From NCBI GenBank assembly GCA_964234715.1, contig OZ174278.1: DNA of 64,000 bases; one strand, given 5' to 3'. Source of the stretch: Podarcis melisellensis. Lineage: Eukaryota. Made by a program: the position numbers and the translations under genes. Under the pieces are notes generated by a model, which was not told the DNA's origin, did no database searches, and was given only the letters and a program-made list of their open reading frames with translations. Every line of letters starts with the position of its first letter. Within the stretch, counting starts at the first letter, position 1. Shown here in pieces: positions 48,729 through 60,769 of this stretch.

Positions 48729-50464
48729 AAATTAATGTTAGTTGTTAAAATGAAGTAATACTGAAGATGTACTCAACTGTACCCTTTTAAAAATTCCCCT
48801 TCAATGGAACACCCACATGTGTAACCAATAAATCCAAATGATCTCAGCAAAGTAGATATTAAACCAAACTCAATTACATCCAAACTGTTACACATAGCAG
48901 ATTATTATTTCCAAACTGTTACCCTTCCCAGATTTATGCTGGAGACAGTTTGTTGCTTTTCATTTTTTAAATCAATTTAGATAGAGTGATTGGCTTTAAT
49001 TGACATACACAGGACTGATGATAGATACGCACATTTGGCTACAAAGCCTTTAGACAAGAAATCCTCCTGAACAGATAATTCTGAAGAATTGTTTCTTCTG
49101 AATGCAATTGCACAGTGCAGAAAGTGGAACAAACTGTTTATCTGGACCAGAGAATGAAGAAAAATTGCAGGTAATTTAAAAATCTGTTGATTTAATTAAA
49201 CGAGGCCACCTTGCCTCATATTTAATTGAGGAAGTGCAAGATCAAGGTTTTCTTTTCTGCTTCATTTCCTTCTCATTTTCCCCCCTGCATCGGGAAAAGC
49301 AAGAGAGCAAGCGTGCTTCACAGATCTTGCTTCCTTCATCCTAAAGCCACTGAAAGGAAACTCTCAACGGCGAGCAGTTTGCCAAACAGCACCCTTTTGC
49401 TCAGCTAACAGCATTTCATCTCTTCTGAAATGGCAATGTTAACCTGACCCTGGCCACCCCTCACAGATCCGTTCAAACAAGGAGACACTCCCTTGCAAGT
49501 ATAGTCACAAAGCTGAAGGTGCTGTGACAGAATATTCAGGTGGGTAATGAGGAGTGCCAAATGAATTAATTTGAAGACTGGGGCAATTAATATTCACAGT
49601 AGAAAGAACTCTCCCATTCTTTCAGAGGCAAAGACAATTAGAGTCCCTGGCATTTACTCCTGCATTTCAATTTAATAACAGTGTAGTTGGTTTAATCCTT
49701 TCTTGAGGACATACATTATGAGTAACTGGTGCCCCGAGCCCATGGAATTAAATTTAGTTCACTACTCAAGGTCTTAGAAAATATCCATTGCTAATTAAAG
49801 TCCTGTATTACACTAGCCAGCATGTTTAAAGGGTGGCTGCACACAAAGGGAAATATGACCCCCATATTTTACCCTGGAGGTGGGGGGACAAGCTTAGAAG
49901 ACACAGACCAGGAACCAAAGAACCATGAAACTAGTTTCCTAAGCCCAAGGGGGCACTAGACTTGTTATTTCTCTCAAATTATAACTTCCTCCCATGCTAC
50001 ATGGTAAACTGCTTGATCAAAGGAGCTTGTGTAATAGATATGGTACTCATCCTCACAACAGCCTTAGGTTGACTGTTCTGTGAGATTACTGGCCCAAGGT
50101 CACTCAGTGAGATTTGTGGCTAAGATGTCAAAACCCTGGTTCCTTCAGCTCAGTATTGTTTACTCCTGAATATTCAGAGTCTCCAGCAGTTTGCCGTTTG
50201 CCTGACCATATAAATGGAATACCAAGAACTGAATTTAGCTCCTTTGATAAGAGCCAGAGTTCAGTGGTGGAACATATACCTTGCATTCAAATGATCCCAG
50301 GTTCAATCATCTCTAGGTAGAGCCTGGACATCTATTGTGGTGCAGTCATTTCTTCTTTGGTGCAAGAAAAAGCTGTAGCTCAGGGGTAGAGTGTGGTTTG
50401 ATCATTGGTACCTCCAGATAGAGCTAGAAAAGCCTGGAGAACTGGTGACCAGTAAGCCTAAAGC

Positions 50465-50711
50465 CAGGGGTCAGCAAACCTTTCCAGCAGGGGGCCGGTC
50501 CACTGTCCCTCAGACCTTGTGGGGGGCTGGACTATATTTTGAAGGGGAAAAATGAATTCCTATGCCCCACAAATAACCCAGAGATGCATTTTAAATAAAA
50601 GGACACATTCTACTCATGTAAAAACACACTGATTCCCGGACTGTCTGCAGGCTGGATTTAGAAGGTGATTGGGCTGGATCCGGCCTCCAGGCCATAGTTT
50701 GCCTACCCATG
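50465..50711. mobile_element. hAT-Charlie-type MITE inserted in a SINE tail
   Basis: CAGGGGTCAGCAAAC...AGTTTGCCTACCCATG; flanks gcctaaag(c) / gcctagac. The same CATGGGTAGGCAAACT end occurs at 63829. Confidence 0.8.
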
Positions 50712-51048
50712 GCCTAGACTATACTGAGCAAGATGGAGCAATGGGATAAAGCAGCTTCCTATGTGAGGGCTTGATTCTGCAATAAAGTAAGTTAAAAGTA
50801 AGTTCTGGGTTGGTGTTTGAAATACAGCAAATAACCTAAATCTTAACATGGTTACATACCAAGGGCTAAATCATTGTGATATGATTTGCATATGAATTTA
50901 TGCAATGCCAAAAAAAAAATCAGTATTTTTTTTAAATGACAATAATATTCTCCCTTATAAAGTAACAGCTTCCAATGAAACCTGTGGAGATTCCAGAAAT
51001 GCATAATTTGTGTGGTAAACCCTCTGTGTAACACACACAACACAAGTA

Positions 51049-51313
51049 CAGTGGTACCTTGGGTTACATATGCTTCAGGTTACATACGCTTCAGGTTACA
51101 GATGCTTCAGGTTACAGACTCCACTAACCCAGAAATATTACCTCGGGTTAAGAACTTTGCTTCAGGATCAGAACAGAAATCATGCAGCGGCAGCACAGCA
51201 GCAGCAGCAGGAGGCCCCATTAGCTAAAGTGGTGCTTCAGGTTAAGAACAGTTTCAGGTTAAGAACAGACCTCCAGAACGAATTACGTAAGTACTTAACC
51301 TGAGGTACCACTG
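51049..51313 (+). mobile_element. Tc1/mariner MITE, copy 3
   Basis: TA|CAGTGGTACC...GAGGTACCACTG|TA, with an expanded 16-bp subterminal repeat. Confidence 0.92.
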
Positions 51314-53658
51314 TATACTATTTTTTCCAGCACTGCACTCAAGGTAGGCCAATTCAGACTTCTTACCCAGAGCACAAGGCTGACTGGCTTCTTTCTGTGG
51401 GGGCATGAGGTCACTCCACCCTCCCTAAACTGAGCAATTTCAAACTTTTTTAAAAAAATATGTCACGATAGTAGATGACGATGACAATGACAAGGAGAAA
51501 CAATTCAATTGAATGAATGTACATATTGCCTTCTTGTTATTAAAGGCAGGTGGGCTGTCTGAATATATTCATTTATATTTATATCCCACCTTTCATTTAA
51601 GTGATCAGGGAAGTTTAAAGACACTGTAAAGAACAACCTTGAACACAGCACTCCTTGCTATCTCTTATTAGTTGTTAATTCTTACAACCCCCTGGTTCTT
51701 TTTCCTTACTTTCTTGTCCAGCACCATCCTGCTTCCAGCCAAGAGACTCTGGCCTTTATGCATGCAATTGAGGGTCCCACCTTGTTTGGCCCCACCCCTG
51801 GGCTGCCTGTTCCCCTCTTGTCCTAATTAGTTGCCCTTTCCCTTTTGCATCCTCTTTTCACTAAGTCCTTTGACCTGCAGGCTTGCTCTGGCATCTGCTG
51901 GCACCATCTAACTCATATTTGAAATAAGCTAAAAAAGAGCAACTTCATAAATAAAGCATTACACATAATATATGAGTTAGAAAAGAATAGATAAAAGGAG
52001 TTAAAAGAATGGGAGGAGGGACAAGATAATTGTCCCACTGATTTCAGTGGGACTTCAATTAACTTAAGTCTGAATTCAACCCTATGAATCTGATCTACAT
52101 GATATTTTGGTGCAATGTGCTATTTCAGTGGCAACAAATGCTATTTTGTTGCACATGGGTTAATTAAGAAATGACTTCAGAAGCTTTTTTGAGGTTTTTT
52201 AAAAAATGACACTTGGTTTGGTCTTCTTTCTCTTGAAGCCAGAAATAAATAGCTAGCTAACCAAGTAGAAGTCAAGAAGTGCACATAAAATCCAGGGTAA
52301 ATGCATAATGAAGGATCCTCCTGAGAAGTTTCCTCGCCATTATGCATTTATTCAGGTCTGTTGTTGCATGGCTGATTGTGATGTGTGTGAAGAAAAACAG
52401 ACAGCAAGGAATTGTATTCCAGGTCACCGAGTAACACCAGCAAGTCACATTTGCATGAAGGCCAAATTGTTTCATTGGTTCTTTTAACAGAAGTTTGGAG
52501 TGACAGTTGTAGACAATAAACGTGAACTATGAATATTAAGTGACAGAGCACACTTGGCACACATAGAGATATCCAGATTCAATCCCTGGGAATATGTTCA
52601 TTGGATGGTTGCACAACAGCTGTGGCCATGGCATGGGAGCAAGAAGGGAAGAACACCAAGAGGGGGAAAGTGGTGCTTTGAAACAAAGGCTGAAGTTTGA
52701 GGAAAGTACCTCCATACAGTGGAATATCTGAGGTTGCCGAATCCTTTATCTCTCTCATATGAAGTAGCTGAGGAAGGGAAGTTTGTTTAGAAATACCTAC
52801 ACTGAAATAATTTACATATTATGTTGTAGTACAATGGTTTTTAAAATACATATTTAAATGAAAATTTGATACAGGTTTGTGGTGTTCTTTGTATTAAAAA
52901 AATAAATATCACCAGATTAATGCGCAATCAGGATAGAGGAGACTTATGAGTTACCACATGCAGAAACTGGCATGGAGCAGAAATAGACTAATTCATCCAT
53001 CTCTAAGAACAGGGAACCAGGGGCCTTCCATATGTTCTTGGACTGCAGCTCCGGGAAGCCCCAGTCAGAATTCCCAATGGTTGGAGCTGATGGGAGATAA
53101 AGTCCAACAATATCCAGAGGACCACTGTTTCTCCCTCCCTAGGGCTAGATGATCTGTCCTCAGTATAATGAAGCTTCAGAGTTTCTATTGTCTCTCTAAG
53201 ATACAGTATAGCCAGACTTCACTTAGTACTTACTTTGCCTCTTATGCTGAGTTTCATGAATGTTATGTTGGTCAGTGCAATTATGGGTACGAGAGTAAGG
53301 GGAGGTGGGGAAGAGAAAAATACAAATACACCTCAGAGTCACAAGACACTTGTTTGTGTGATAGGGAGCGCTGTGGAAAAGGTGATGAATCCCAATTACA
53401 TAGTAAGATCTGCCAAAACATGGAAGTTAAAAGGAAGCAATTCCCAGATGGCTGATTTTCCCTTTAACATCTAATGTATTTTTGGGAATAGAGACATTTT
53501 CGTAAATTACTTCAAATCATTTTAAAGCCATCAAGTTTTAGATAGCAAGTAGCATTGCACTGTCAATTTGAGAGTCATATAAATATACAGAGATGAAATG
53601 CATTTGCTACTGGAAATGTAATGATTCAGTATAATGATTCAAAACTTTATTGTCATAG

Positions 53659-53745
53659 ATCATAAAAGTTAGCAAGTGAAAAATCAGATATGGAAGAACT
53701 TGCTACTAGTTTCTAGCATTGTGTGTTGTTGTCTGGCAGTCCAAG
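53659..53745 (+). other. Candidate non-coding (UTR/lncRNA) exon, 87 nt
   Basis: Acceptor tttattgtcatag; consensus donor AAG|gtaagt; U-rich downstream. Stops in all three frames. Confidence 0.25.
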
Positions 53746-53944
53746 GTAAGTTTTGTTTCATTTCATTATGTATTCTGTTTATTATGGTCCATTTAGTTTG
53801 GTCCTGTGACCAAGGGAAGACCAGCTATAAGTTCCTACTGGCACAGATAAGGTGGTACCAGCAGAGAGTCAGGGAACCAGCCATTCCTTAGCCCTGGGGG
53901 GAATGCAGAACTACCATCTAAAGTGGGGACTTTGTTTATGCCTA

Positions 53945-54690
53945 CACTCTGTTTCCCATTCTTTCAATCTTAAATATAATTTCTGCAGCAATTTGTAATT
54001 TTTTTTAAAAAAAAAATTAAAAAACCCCCATGAAGAGTCATCAGCATTTTAGTGTGAATTTCTCCAAATAAACATATTGTTGCCAGCAATTTACCCATAT
54101 ATAAAGCATTGCTATAAGTCATTTTCACAATGTGTTCATTTTTATGCACACTTTCCACCAATAGATGCATTTTTGGAACATTGTTTAGGTTGAGAATTGC
54201 ATTGTGATATTCAGGTAAGACCTGGGACACAGGTGGCGCTGTGGGTTAAAGCCTCAGCGCCTAGGACTTGCTGATCGAAAGGTCGGTGGTTCGAATCCCT
54301 GCTGTGGGGTGCGCTCCCGCTGCTCGGTCCCAGCGCCTGCCAACCTAGCAGTTCGAAAGCACCTCTGGGTGCAAGTAGATAAATAGGGACCGCTTACCAG
54401 CGGGAAGGTAAACGGCGTTTCCGTGTGCAGCTCTGGCTCGCCAGAGCAGCGATGTCACACTGGCCATGTGACCCGGAAGTGTCTCCGGACAGCGCTGGCC
54501 CCTGGCCTCTTAAGTGAGATGGGCGCACAACCCCAGAGTCTGTCAAGACTGGCCCGTACGGGCAGGGGTACCTTTACCTTTTTACCTTTATTCAGGTAAG
54601 TGTGAATTTTGAAGGATGGCTGTGTTCCGATTCTCATCTTTTTTGGAAAGTGCAAATTTGATAGATTTGACTTTAAATGAGTTTTAAGTC
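53945..54690 (+). mobile_element. Old AT-rich repeat (3886-4413 family) split by a Sauria SINE
   Basis: Shares cagcattttagtgtgaatttctcc and ttttgaaggatggctgtgtt motifs; the 5' part also resembles ~16990-17150 and ~34098-34375. Confidence 0.55.
54224..54588 (+). mobile_element. Sauria SINE, second (CpG-rich, younger) subtype
   Basis: gggacacaggtggcgctgtgggttaaagcctcagcgcctagg...ggcccgtacgggcaggggtacctttacc; perfect 12-bp TSD TATTCAGGTAAG (54208-54219, 54589-54600). Confidence 0.95.
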
Positions 54691-55680
54691 AACCCCCGCC
54701 CCCCAATTCATACACAGAACTGATGCCAGTAATCTAAATGTCTAAGTCCAAATTAGGATCTATTTTTCCAAGACTATTGTCCACTTTTCAGATTCCAATC
54801 TTTCAATGAAGGGTGTAATTTGCAATTGTTTAATTTCTCATTTTGTTCTGTTCACCACTATGATATTTCCCCCTTAATGTTGGCAGAATCTTGCAAACAA
54901 ATAAACACATTTTGCCGCCACCACCATCACATGCTTTTGAGGTCCTGACTCCCAAGCTCCTCACATACTAGGGACGCTGAATTCAGTAGGCTTGCTCTCT
55001 GCAGATATACTCCAGAAATATGTGTGGACAGCATGGGGTAGGGCTAGCAGTGGATACATTAACAGGGGCAAGACCAGCACATCTGGGTGCAATGCCCCCC
55101 CATAGTATGTTGACTGCATGGAGTTAATAATGCCTGAATAGACAGACCCACAATGGCTTCAAGAGAACTGCTGGTGTCCCTACCTTTCTTGTTCCCTTTC
55201 CAGGCTTGTAACAGGCCAATTGGGATTGCCAGTCCCTCAATGACTCAGGTGGAGTGCTGTGGACTCATAGGGCCGATCTGTCAATGCTCACCTCTTTGCT
55301 TTCTTGCTGGTATGACATCCTACATCAGGTCAGCCCTATCACAGTCTCATTAGCAGGGTGTTCCTCAAGTGTTTTTGTCAAAAATCCACAATCTGTCCCC
55401 CTCTCACTCTGTTGCCCTTATTTATTGCATGTTAAAAGCAGATGCAGTAGTCAGTAAAATAAAACAGCATATTCCCTGTTATAACAGTCTCTCATGTCAA
55501 ATTGCAGCAAGAAGCAGTTTATATGAGCAAGGTTGTATGGCTACTTAATTGTACAAATCAACAGTCTTAAGGCGCCTCCTTCACTGCATAGTTATTTCAA
55601 GGTTCTCAAATTAAGGGGGGGTATCAGGAAGTATTTCTGAATTCAGTCATGTATTCCAATGACATATTTTCATTAAAAAA

Positions 55681-55858
55681 TTGTCCAGTAGCACCTTAGA
55701 GACCAACTACATTTGTTCTTGGTTTAAGCTTTCATGTGAATGCACATGAAAGCTTAAAGCCGGAACAAACATAGTTGGTCTCCAAGGTGCTACTGGACAA
55801 GTTTTAATTTTTTTATTTATTTCGACTGTGTCAGACCAACACGGCTACCTACCTGAAT
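55681..55858. mobile_element. Penelope-like element remnant: 120-bp tail-to-tail palindrome plus 3' terminus
   Basis: 55681-55740 and 55741-55800 are ungapped inverted repeats (53/60 matches). The arms tccagtagcaccttagagaccaac and tail cagaccaacacggctacctacctgaa are sequences I recognise from squamate Penelope elements. Confidence 0.8.
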
Positions 55859-57011
55859 ATATTTTCATATTAAATGCTAGATTAGGCCAGACCTTAACAG
55901 AAACTAACTGAATCACAGCTAAATTTACATCAGATAATTCTACTATTTCCAAGCTTCTAATGCTCCTCAGATAATAGTTGTTCATTATCAAACTTTTTCT
56001 AGTTACTGTTATTAAGTCATTTTCTTCCTCAAACAATAACCCCTTCCCTCAACTCATCACTGTTGCTCTTGCAGGAATCCCTTTTACAGTAGTGTATTAT
56101 AGGAACAAAATAATTTGCCTTATACCAAGTCAGACCATTAGTCTGTATAGTTCAGTACTTTCTGCACAGATTGGCAGGGGCTGTTCAGAATTTTGTATAC
56201 CGGTCTTTCCTAGCTCTATCTAGAGGTGCCAGTTGACTTTTTCCAAACTGACAACATTCTGATGCTAGCATCAAAGCTATATGCAGTTTATTATCTACCC
56301 AATTTGCCATCTGCATGGGGGGAAAAAATTCTAAGAACAACTGTTTGCTAAAAAGGAGGGGTAGAGAGAGCAAGAGAGCATAATATTTAGGTCTTGTTTA
56401 CACACCCTGGCTTTACAGGTGCAAATAACCTTGAGCATCCAAAGTGAAAGGAATTCAAAGCTTATTATAATTAATCAGTCCTAGAAAAGTGTCATGGGGA
56501 TACACAGCATTAAAATATGAATCAATTAACAAAATTGCTGATTGTTTAGTCACACAATTGCTTTCTCTCTTTTTTCAGCCACTTAGATGGGGTACTATTG
56601 ACTCTCTCTCTGCACCGCAATAGCTGCTGAATAAGCACCGTAATTTATGAGTGTTGCATCTGCCTGCACAGTTTGTACACAGGGTGTACATTAAGGATGC
56701 AGTAAATAATTGTGATCTGCAGATTCCGATATTTTGTTCTCAGCAAAAGAGCAGGGAGAGGAAGAGTGCACACAAAAAGAAAGCAAATGAGTGCACAAGA
56801 TAATATGGAAGTGCAGAAACTTGGTCCCTAACCTCCTTCAAAGCACAACACACATGCTTTCCATTGGGAAATAGTATGCAAAATAATCAGATCCATCTAT
56901 GGATCTGATTAGGTCCTGTTCTGAATGGAAGCGCTTGCTGATTAGTGAGTTTCAGATAGGGACCATGATTCAACTTTAAGCCAAATTGTAAAAACCTATT
57001 AATTTTATTTA

Positions 57012-57225
57012 CAGTGGTACCTCTGGTTAAGTACTTAATTCATTCCGGAGGTCCGTTCTTAACCTGAAGCACCACTTTACCTAATGGAGCCTCCTGCTGC
57101 CGCCACGTGATTTCTGTTCTCATCCTGAAGCAAAGTTCTTAACCCGAGGTACTATTTCTGGGTTAGTGGTGTCTGTAACCTGAAGCGTATGTAGCCTGAA
57201 GTGTATGCAATCCGAGGTACCACTG
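57012..57225 (-). mobile_element. Tc1/mariner MITE, copy 4 (internal deletion)
   Basis: TA|CAGTGGTACCTC...GAGGTACCACTG|TA. Confidence 0.92.
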
Positions 57226-57488
57226 TATTTATTTTTTACTGCTTAGGGATGCCCTTTGATTAGATATGCAAAGCTACTAAAGACTACTTGCATAAGTTAA
57301 GAATCTTGCTAGATCAGGCCATCATCCTCTTCTCAGAGGGGTCAACCAGGTGCCTATGGAAAGCCCCCAGAACAGGACCTAAGCACAAGAGTGTTCTTCT
57401 CCACTTGTGACTCCCAGTACTTGAGAAGCATTCAGAGGCAGGCTGCCTCCAAGGTGGTAAAATACACCCATTGGAGCTATTAGCCATT

Positions 57489-58117
57489 TGCCACGAACCC
57501 CTGGCATACCTGGCAGCAAGTCACTATGCTAAGTCCAAAGTCAATCCACACAGGCAAAGTCCAAAGTTCAATGTCAGAAAATGCAGTCCAGGGTCAATCC
57601 AAGTAGCCAAGTCCCATAGAGGTCCAGGAACATTCAAGTCAAGATCCATTAACATAGGGAAGTAAACAGACACAGCACCTCAGCTCTGCTTCCCTTTTGT
57701 ACTTTGCCTGCTGATTGCAGCTTCTGGGCTTGACGAAACATGTGACCTTCACCTGTTCCAAGCCTACTCCAGGTAAAGAATCACACTCCTCCTCCCAGAG
57801 CTAGTGAGCCCCACCTGGCCAGCTAGGGAGCTGGGCTGTGGACCCTTGCCTGCCTCAGCCTTCTGGAGCGCCCTGCATGCAGCTCCCTATACCTCAGAGC
57901 CCTCTATGATTGTGGAGACCTTTCTAGCTCTGGTGATGGGCCCTGCTGCTCTGTTTCCTGTGCACTGACCCCCATTCCTTCACCAGCCCCTGTCACCCTG
58001 TGAGTACTTCCTTTCTTCTCCCCTGCTTGCTCCGGTGTGTCCCAGTCCCCACTACATCCCTCGCCCAGGCCCTCTTCTTCCTCTTCCTCCTCCCCATCGT
58101 CCTGCCAGTTCATGACA
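57489..58117 (-). mobile_element. Solo LTR, 629 bp (Gypsy-like termini)
   Basis: TGCCACGAAC...GTTCATGACA inverted ends; perfect 5-bp TSD CCATT (57484-57488, 58118-58122). Strand inferred from composition only. Confidence 0.85.
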
Positions 58118-58204
58118 CCATTTACAGCAATATCCTCCATGAATTTATTTAATCCTCTTCTAAAGCCAACCAAGCTGGTAGCCATCACTGCATCTGGTGG
58201 AGGT

Positions 58205-58303
58205 GACAGCGCTGGCCCCTGGCCTCTTAAGCGAGATGGGCGCACAACCCCAGAGTCGGACACGACTGGCCCGTACAGGCAGGGGTACCTTTACTTTTAC
58301 CTT
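58205..58303 (+). mobile_element. Sauria SINE 3' fragment (subtype of 54224-54588)
   Basis: gacagcgctggcccctggcctcttaagcgagatgggcgcacaaccccagagtcggacacgactggcccgtacaggcaggggtacctttac. Confidence 0.9.
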
Positions 58304-60523
58304 ACTGTGTGAAAAAGTACTCATTTATGTCTGTTGTGAACCTTCCAAACTCCTGCTTCAATTTATGACTTTGAGTTCTTGCTCATCCAATTGACTTTTA
58401 AAAAGGAAAAAGAAATGTCAACATGGAGTGGATCCATGCGATGATACAGTGCTGGGCTGATGAATGCGTTTCCTTTGTTGAAAGTGGTAGTGAAGCACAT
58501 AGTTGAAATTTCCATAGGAAGCTGCTGTATACCAGTTCAGATCATGAGTGCATCTATCTCAGTATTGTCTACATTGACTGGAAGTGGGCTCATCAAATTG
58601 CAGGGTGGAATTTCTCCAAGAGATGCCAAGCATTCATTAAAGGATTATCTGCGTGGAAAGCACATGCTCTACCATTCAGCTATGGTCTTTCTGTCCTTAG
58701 AAATTGCTTTGTGGATGGGGACAGGGAACACCATGGAGTTTAGTGAGTCTTACTACATCTCCTTTTACATTTACAAAAGAAATACATTTTTCTGCAGATT
58801 TTTCTAGTTACAATTGCTCAGGATTTATAAGGAGATGCAGTCTTTTATTGGCTATATAATCTTATTTATGTGCATTTTAGCAGTGCACCTTTATAAACCC
58901 TAACTGTCCAATTAAAAGAGAAGCTTAGTATAAAAAGTTAGATTATTATGGCTATGGGACAATAAGAACAGAAAAAGAAATAAGGTGATGGAAATATTCA
59001 TTCATCTTTTCATGATCCAAGGAGGGGTCTTCAGTAGCTGGGATATTATGCTTCAAAACCAAAAGCTTTGCTAACTTAGAACTCATTGAATAGCTATTAC
59101 ACCTGAGGCTCTGTGGCTAAATGTCATGAAGAAGGACATAAGAAAGGTCAAAGGGGGGGATTATCTCTCCTCTCCTCACTGTCATCTGAGCAGAAGAGTG
59201 TCTGGATCATCATATTGCTTAATGCGTACCATGTTGAGCACTGGATGGTTGGCAAAACAGTATCCATTATGGACTTATTTTGCAGCCTAAGCTGCTGCAG
59301 CTGAAACAAGGATGTGGTGTGGGCCTTTCCCTCAAGAGGGTAATAGTTTGGTGTTGAGCTAGCAGGGGCAGTACACACAATGATGTATCCACCATCAGTC
59401 TTAAGTTGCTAAGGGTTTTGCCTTTCAGGCCAAGTTTTGAAACCCATATGCAACAATGCCTATTTGCTGTTGTTAACCACCTTGAAAGGCTCGCTGGACC
59501 AATTTCCTAATGAGAGCCTCAAAGTATTAAAACATCCAATGAGGTTAAGCACCACGTAGATACAGAAATTTTAACCACTAAGCTGCTAAAAAAATATGGC
59601 ACAATACATTGGATCCATTTGGTCAACACAGTAGTTGCACAACTACCTGAGTCAATGCACACTGGAAAAATGTGGGTTCTCTAAATCCATTCTTCCTTGC
59701 ATTTGGTTAGCACCAAACCCTTTCCATCTGAAATACTCGATGCCCTTTTATTGCCCTCAATATCTGCAGTCCTAGCATTCTGTAGAGCTTATTGCTGTAC
59801 AGAAAAAGCAGTAGTTTTATTATGAATTTCATTTCATTTTGCAGACTTAACATCTGTTTTTAAGATTTGCTTTACCTATATAAAAGACCATGCACTATTG
59901 CTTAGAATATAATTGCTGATGAATTAATAAATAACAGCATTTTTATTGCAGAGTCATTTTCATCTGCTTGCATTTGGATTCTAAACCCATTTCTACAAAA
60001 GGCAATCTCTCTAGTTGTTGAAATTTCCTCTACAGCTCTGTGCAATGTATAGTGTAGAAATGAAAGCCCTGAGAAAGGGAACTTCCATGGTTCATGGGCC
60101 TGTTTATATGGGCTCTATTAATGTTCAACCAGGACCTTTTGAGTAAACATACCCTTAATTTTTTTTCAGGTTACATGTCACACATAAACTCAATGCAGGG
60201 ACTTTGCTTGCATGTGAAAGCTACTACTTGAACAAGGAAAGATGCCACAATCCTATAATGTGGGTCTTACATGCTGCAAACAGCCCCCACTACAATACAC
60301 TGTGCACTTCAGACTTTTGCCCTCCAAGAGTTGAAGGTGATGGGGGTAGCAAGGCTGGGTGCACTTATCTCACTCTTTTTGCTCACATTTAGGTTCTGTA
60401 CACCAGCAGAACACCTGTATAGGGCTATAGATTCCAAGTGCAAGTGTGTAGGCCATGGCATAAGCAGGGAGCAATTACCAGGAGGTTTGGGGCAGGCTGT
60501 CATCAGTAGACTCAGGTCTACTA

Positions 60524-60749
60524 CAGTGGTAACTCAGGTTACATACGCTTCAGGTTACAGACTCTGCTAACCCAGAAAGAATACCTTGGGTTAAGGACTT
60601 TGCTTCAGGATGAGAAGAGAAATCGTGCTCTGGCGTTGCAGTGGCAGCAGGAGGCCCCATTAGCTAAAGTGGTGCTTCAGGTTAAGAACAGTTTCAGGTT
60701 AAGAATGGACCTCCGGAACGAATTAAGTACGTAACCAGAGGTACCACTA
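60524..60749 (+). mobile_element. Tc1/mariner MITE, copy 5
   Basis: TA|CAGTGGTAACTC...GAGGTACCACTA|TA. Confidence 0.9.
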
Positions 60750-60769
60750 TATTTCATTAAATCTGAGTC

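Larger units (their letters stand above)
57290..58400 (-). mobile_element. CR1 LINE 3' fragment hosting a solo LTR and a SINE fragment
   Basis: cataag...gctagatcaggcc...agccatt|tacagcaatatcctccatgaatttatttaatcctcttctaaagcc...gccatcac; antisense translation MATSLVGFRRGLNKFMED matches the CR1 ORF2 end (F...LD.FMED). Confidence 0.75.

Noticed and set aside
53676-53745. Signal-peptide-like KNQIWKNLLLVSSIVCCCLAVQ before a donor
   Set aside because: That frame starts at GTG after an in-frame stop and has no ATG; kept only as a non-coding exon candidate.
57904-58263. 119-aa ORF with a poly-Glu tract
   Set aside because: Chimeric across SINE, CR1 and the purine-rich LTR arm.
6659-59925. Scattered CTGA(T/A)GA words as possible intact hammerhead cores
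   Set aside because: None that I inspected had a stem II followed by GAAA with pairing stems I and III.
14238-60749. Recurrent near-identical sequences that might suggest a CRISPR-like or recombinational system
   Set aside because: They are dispersed, have TIRs and TA duplications, and lack a repeat-spacer layout; they are ordinary MITEs in eukaryotic DNA.
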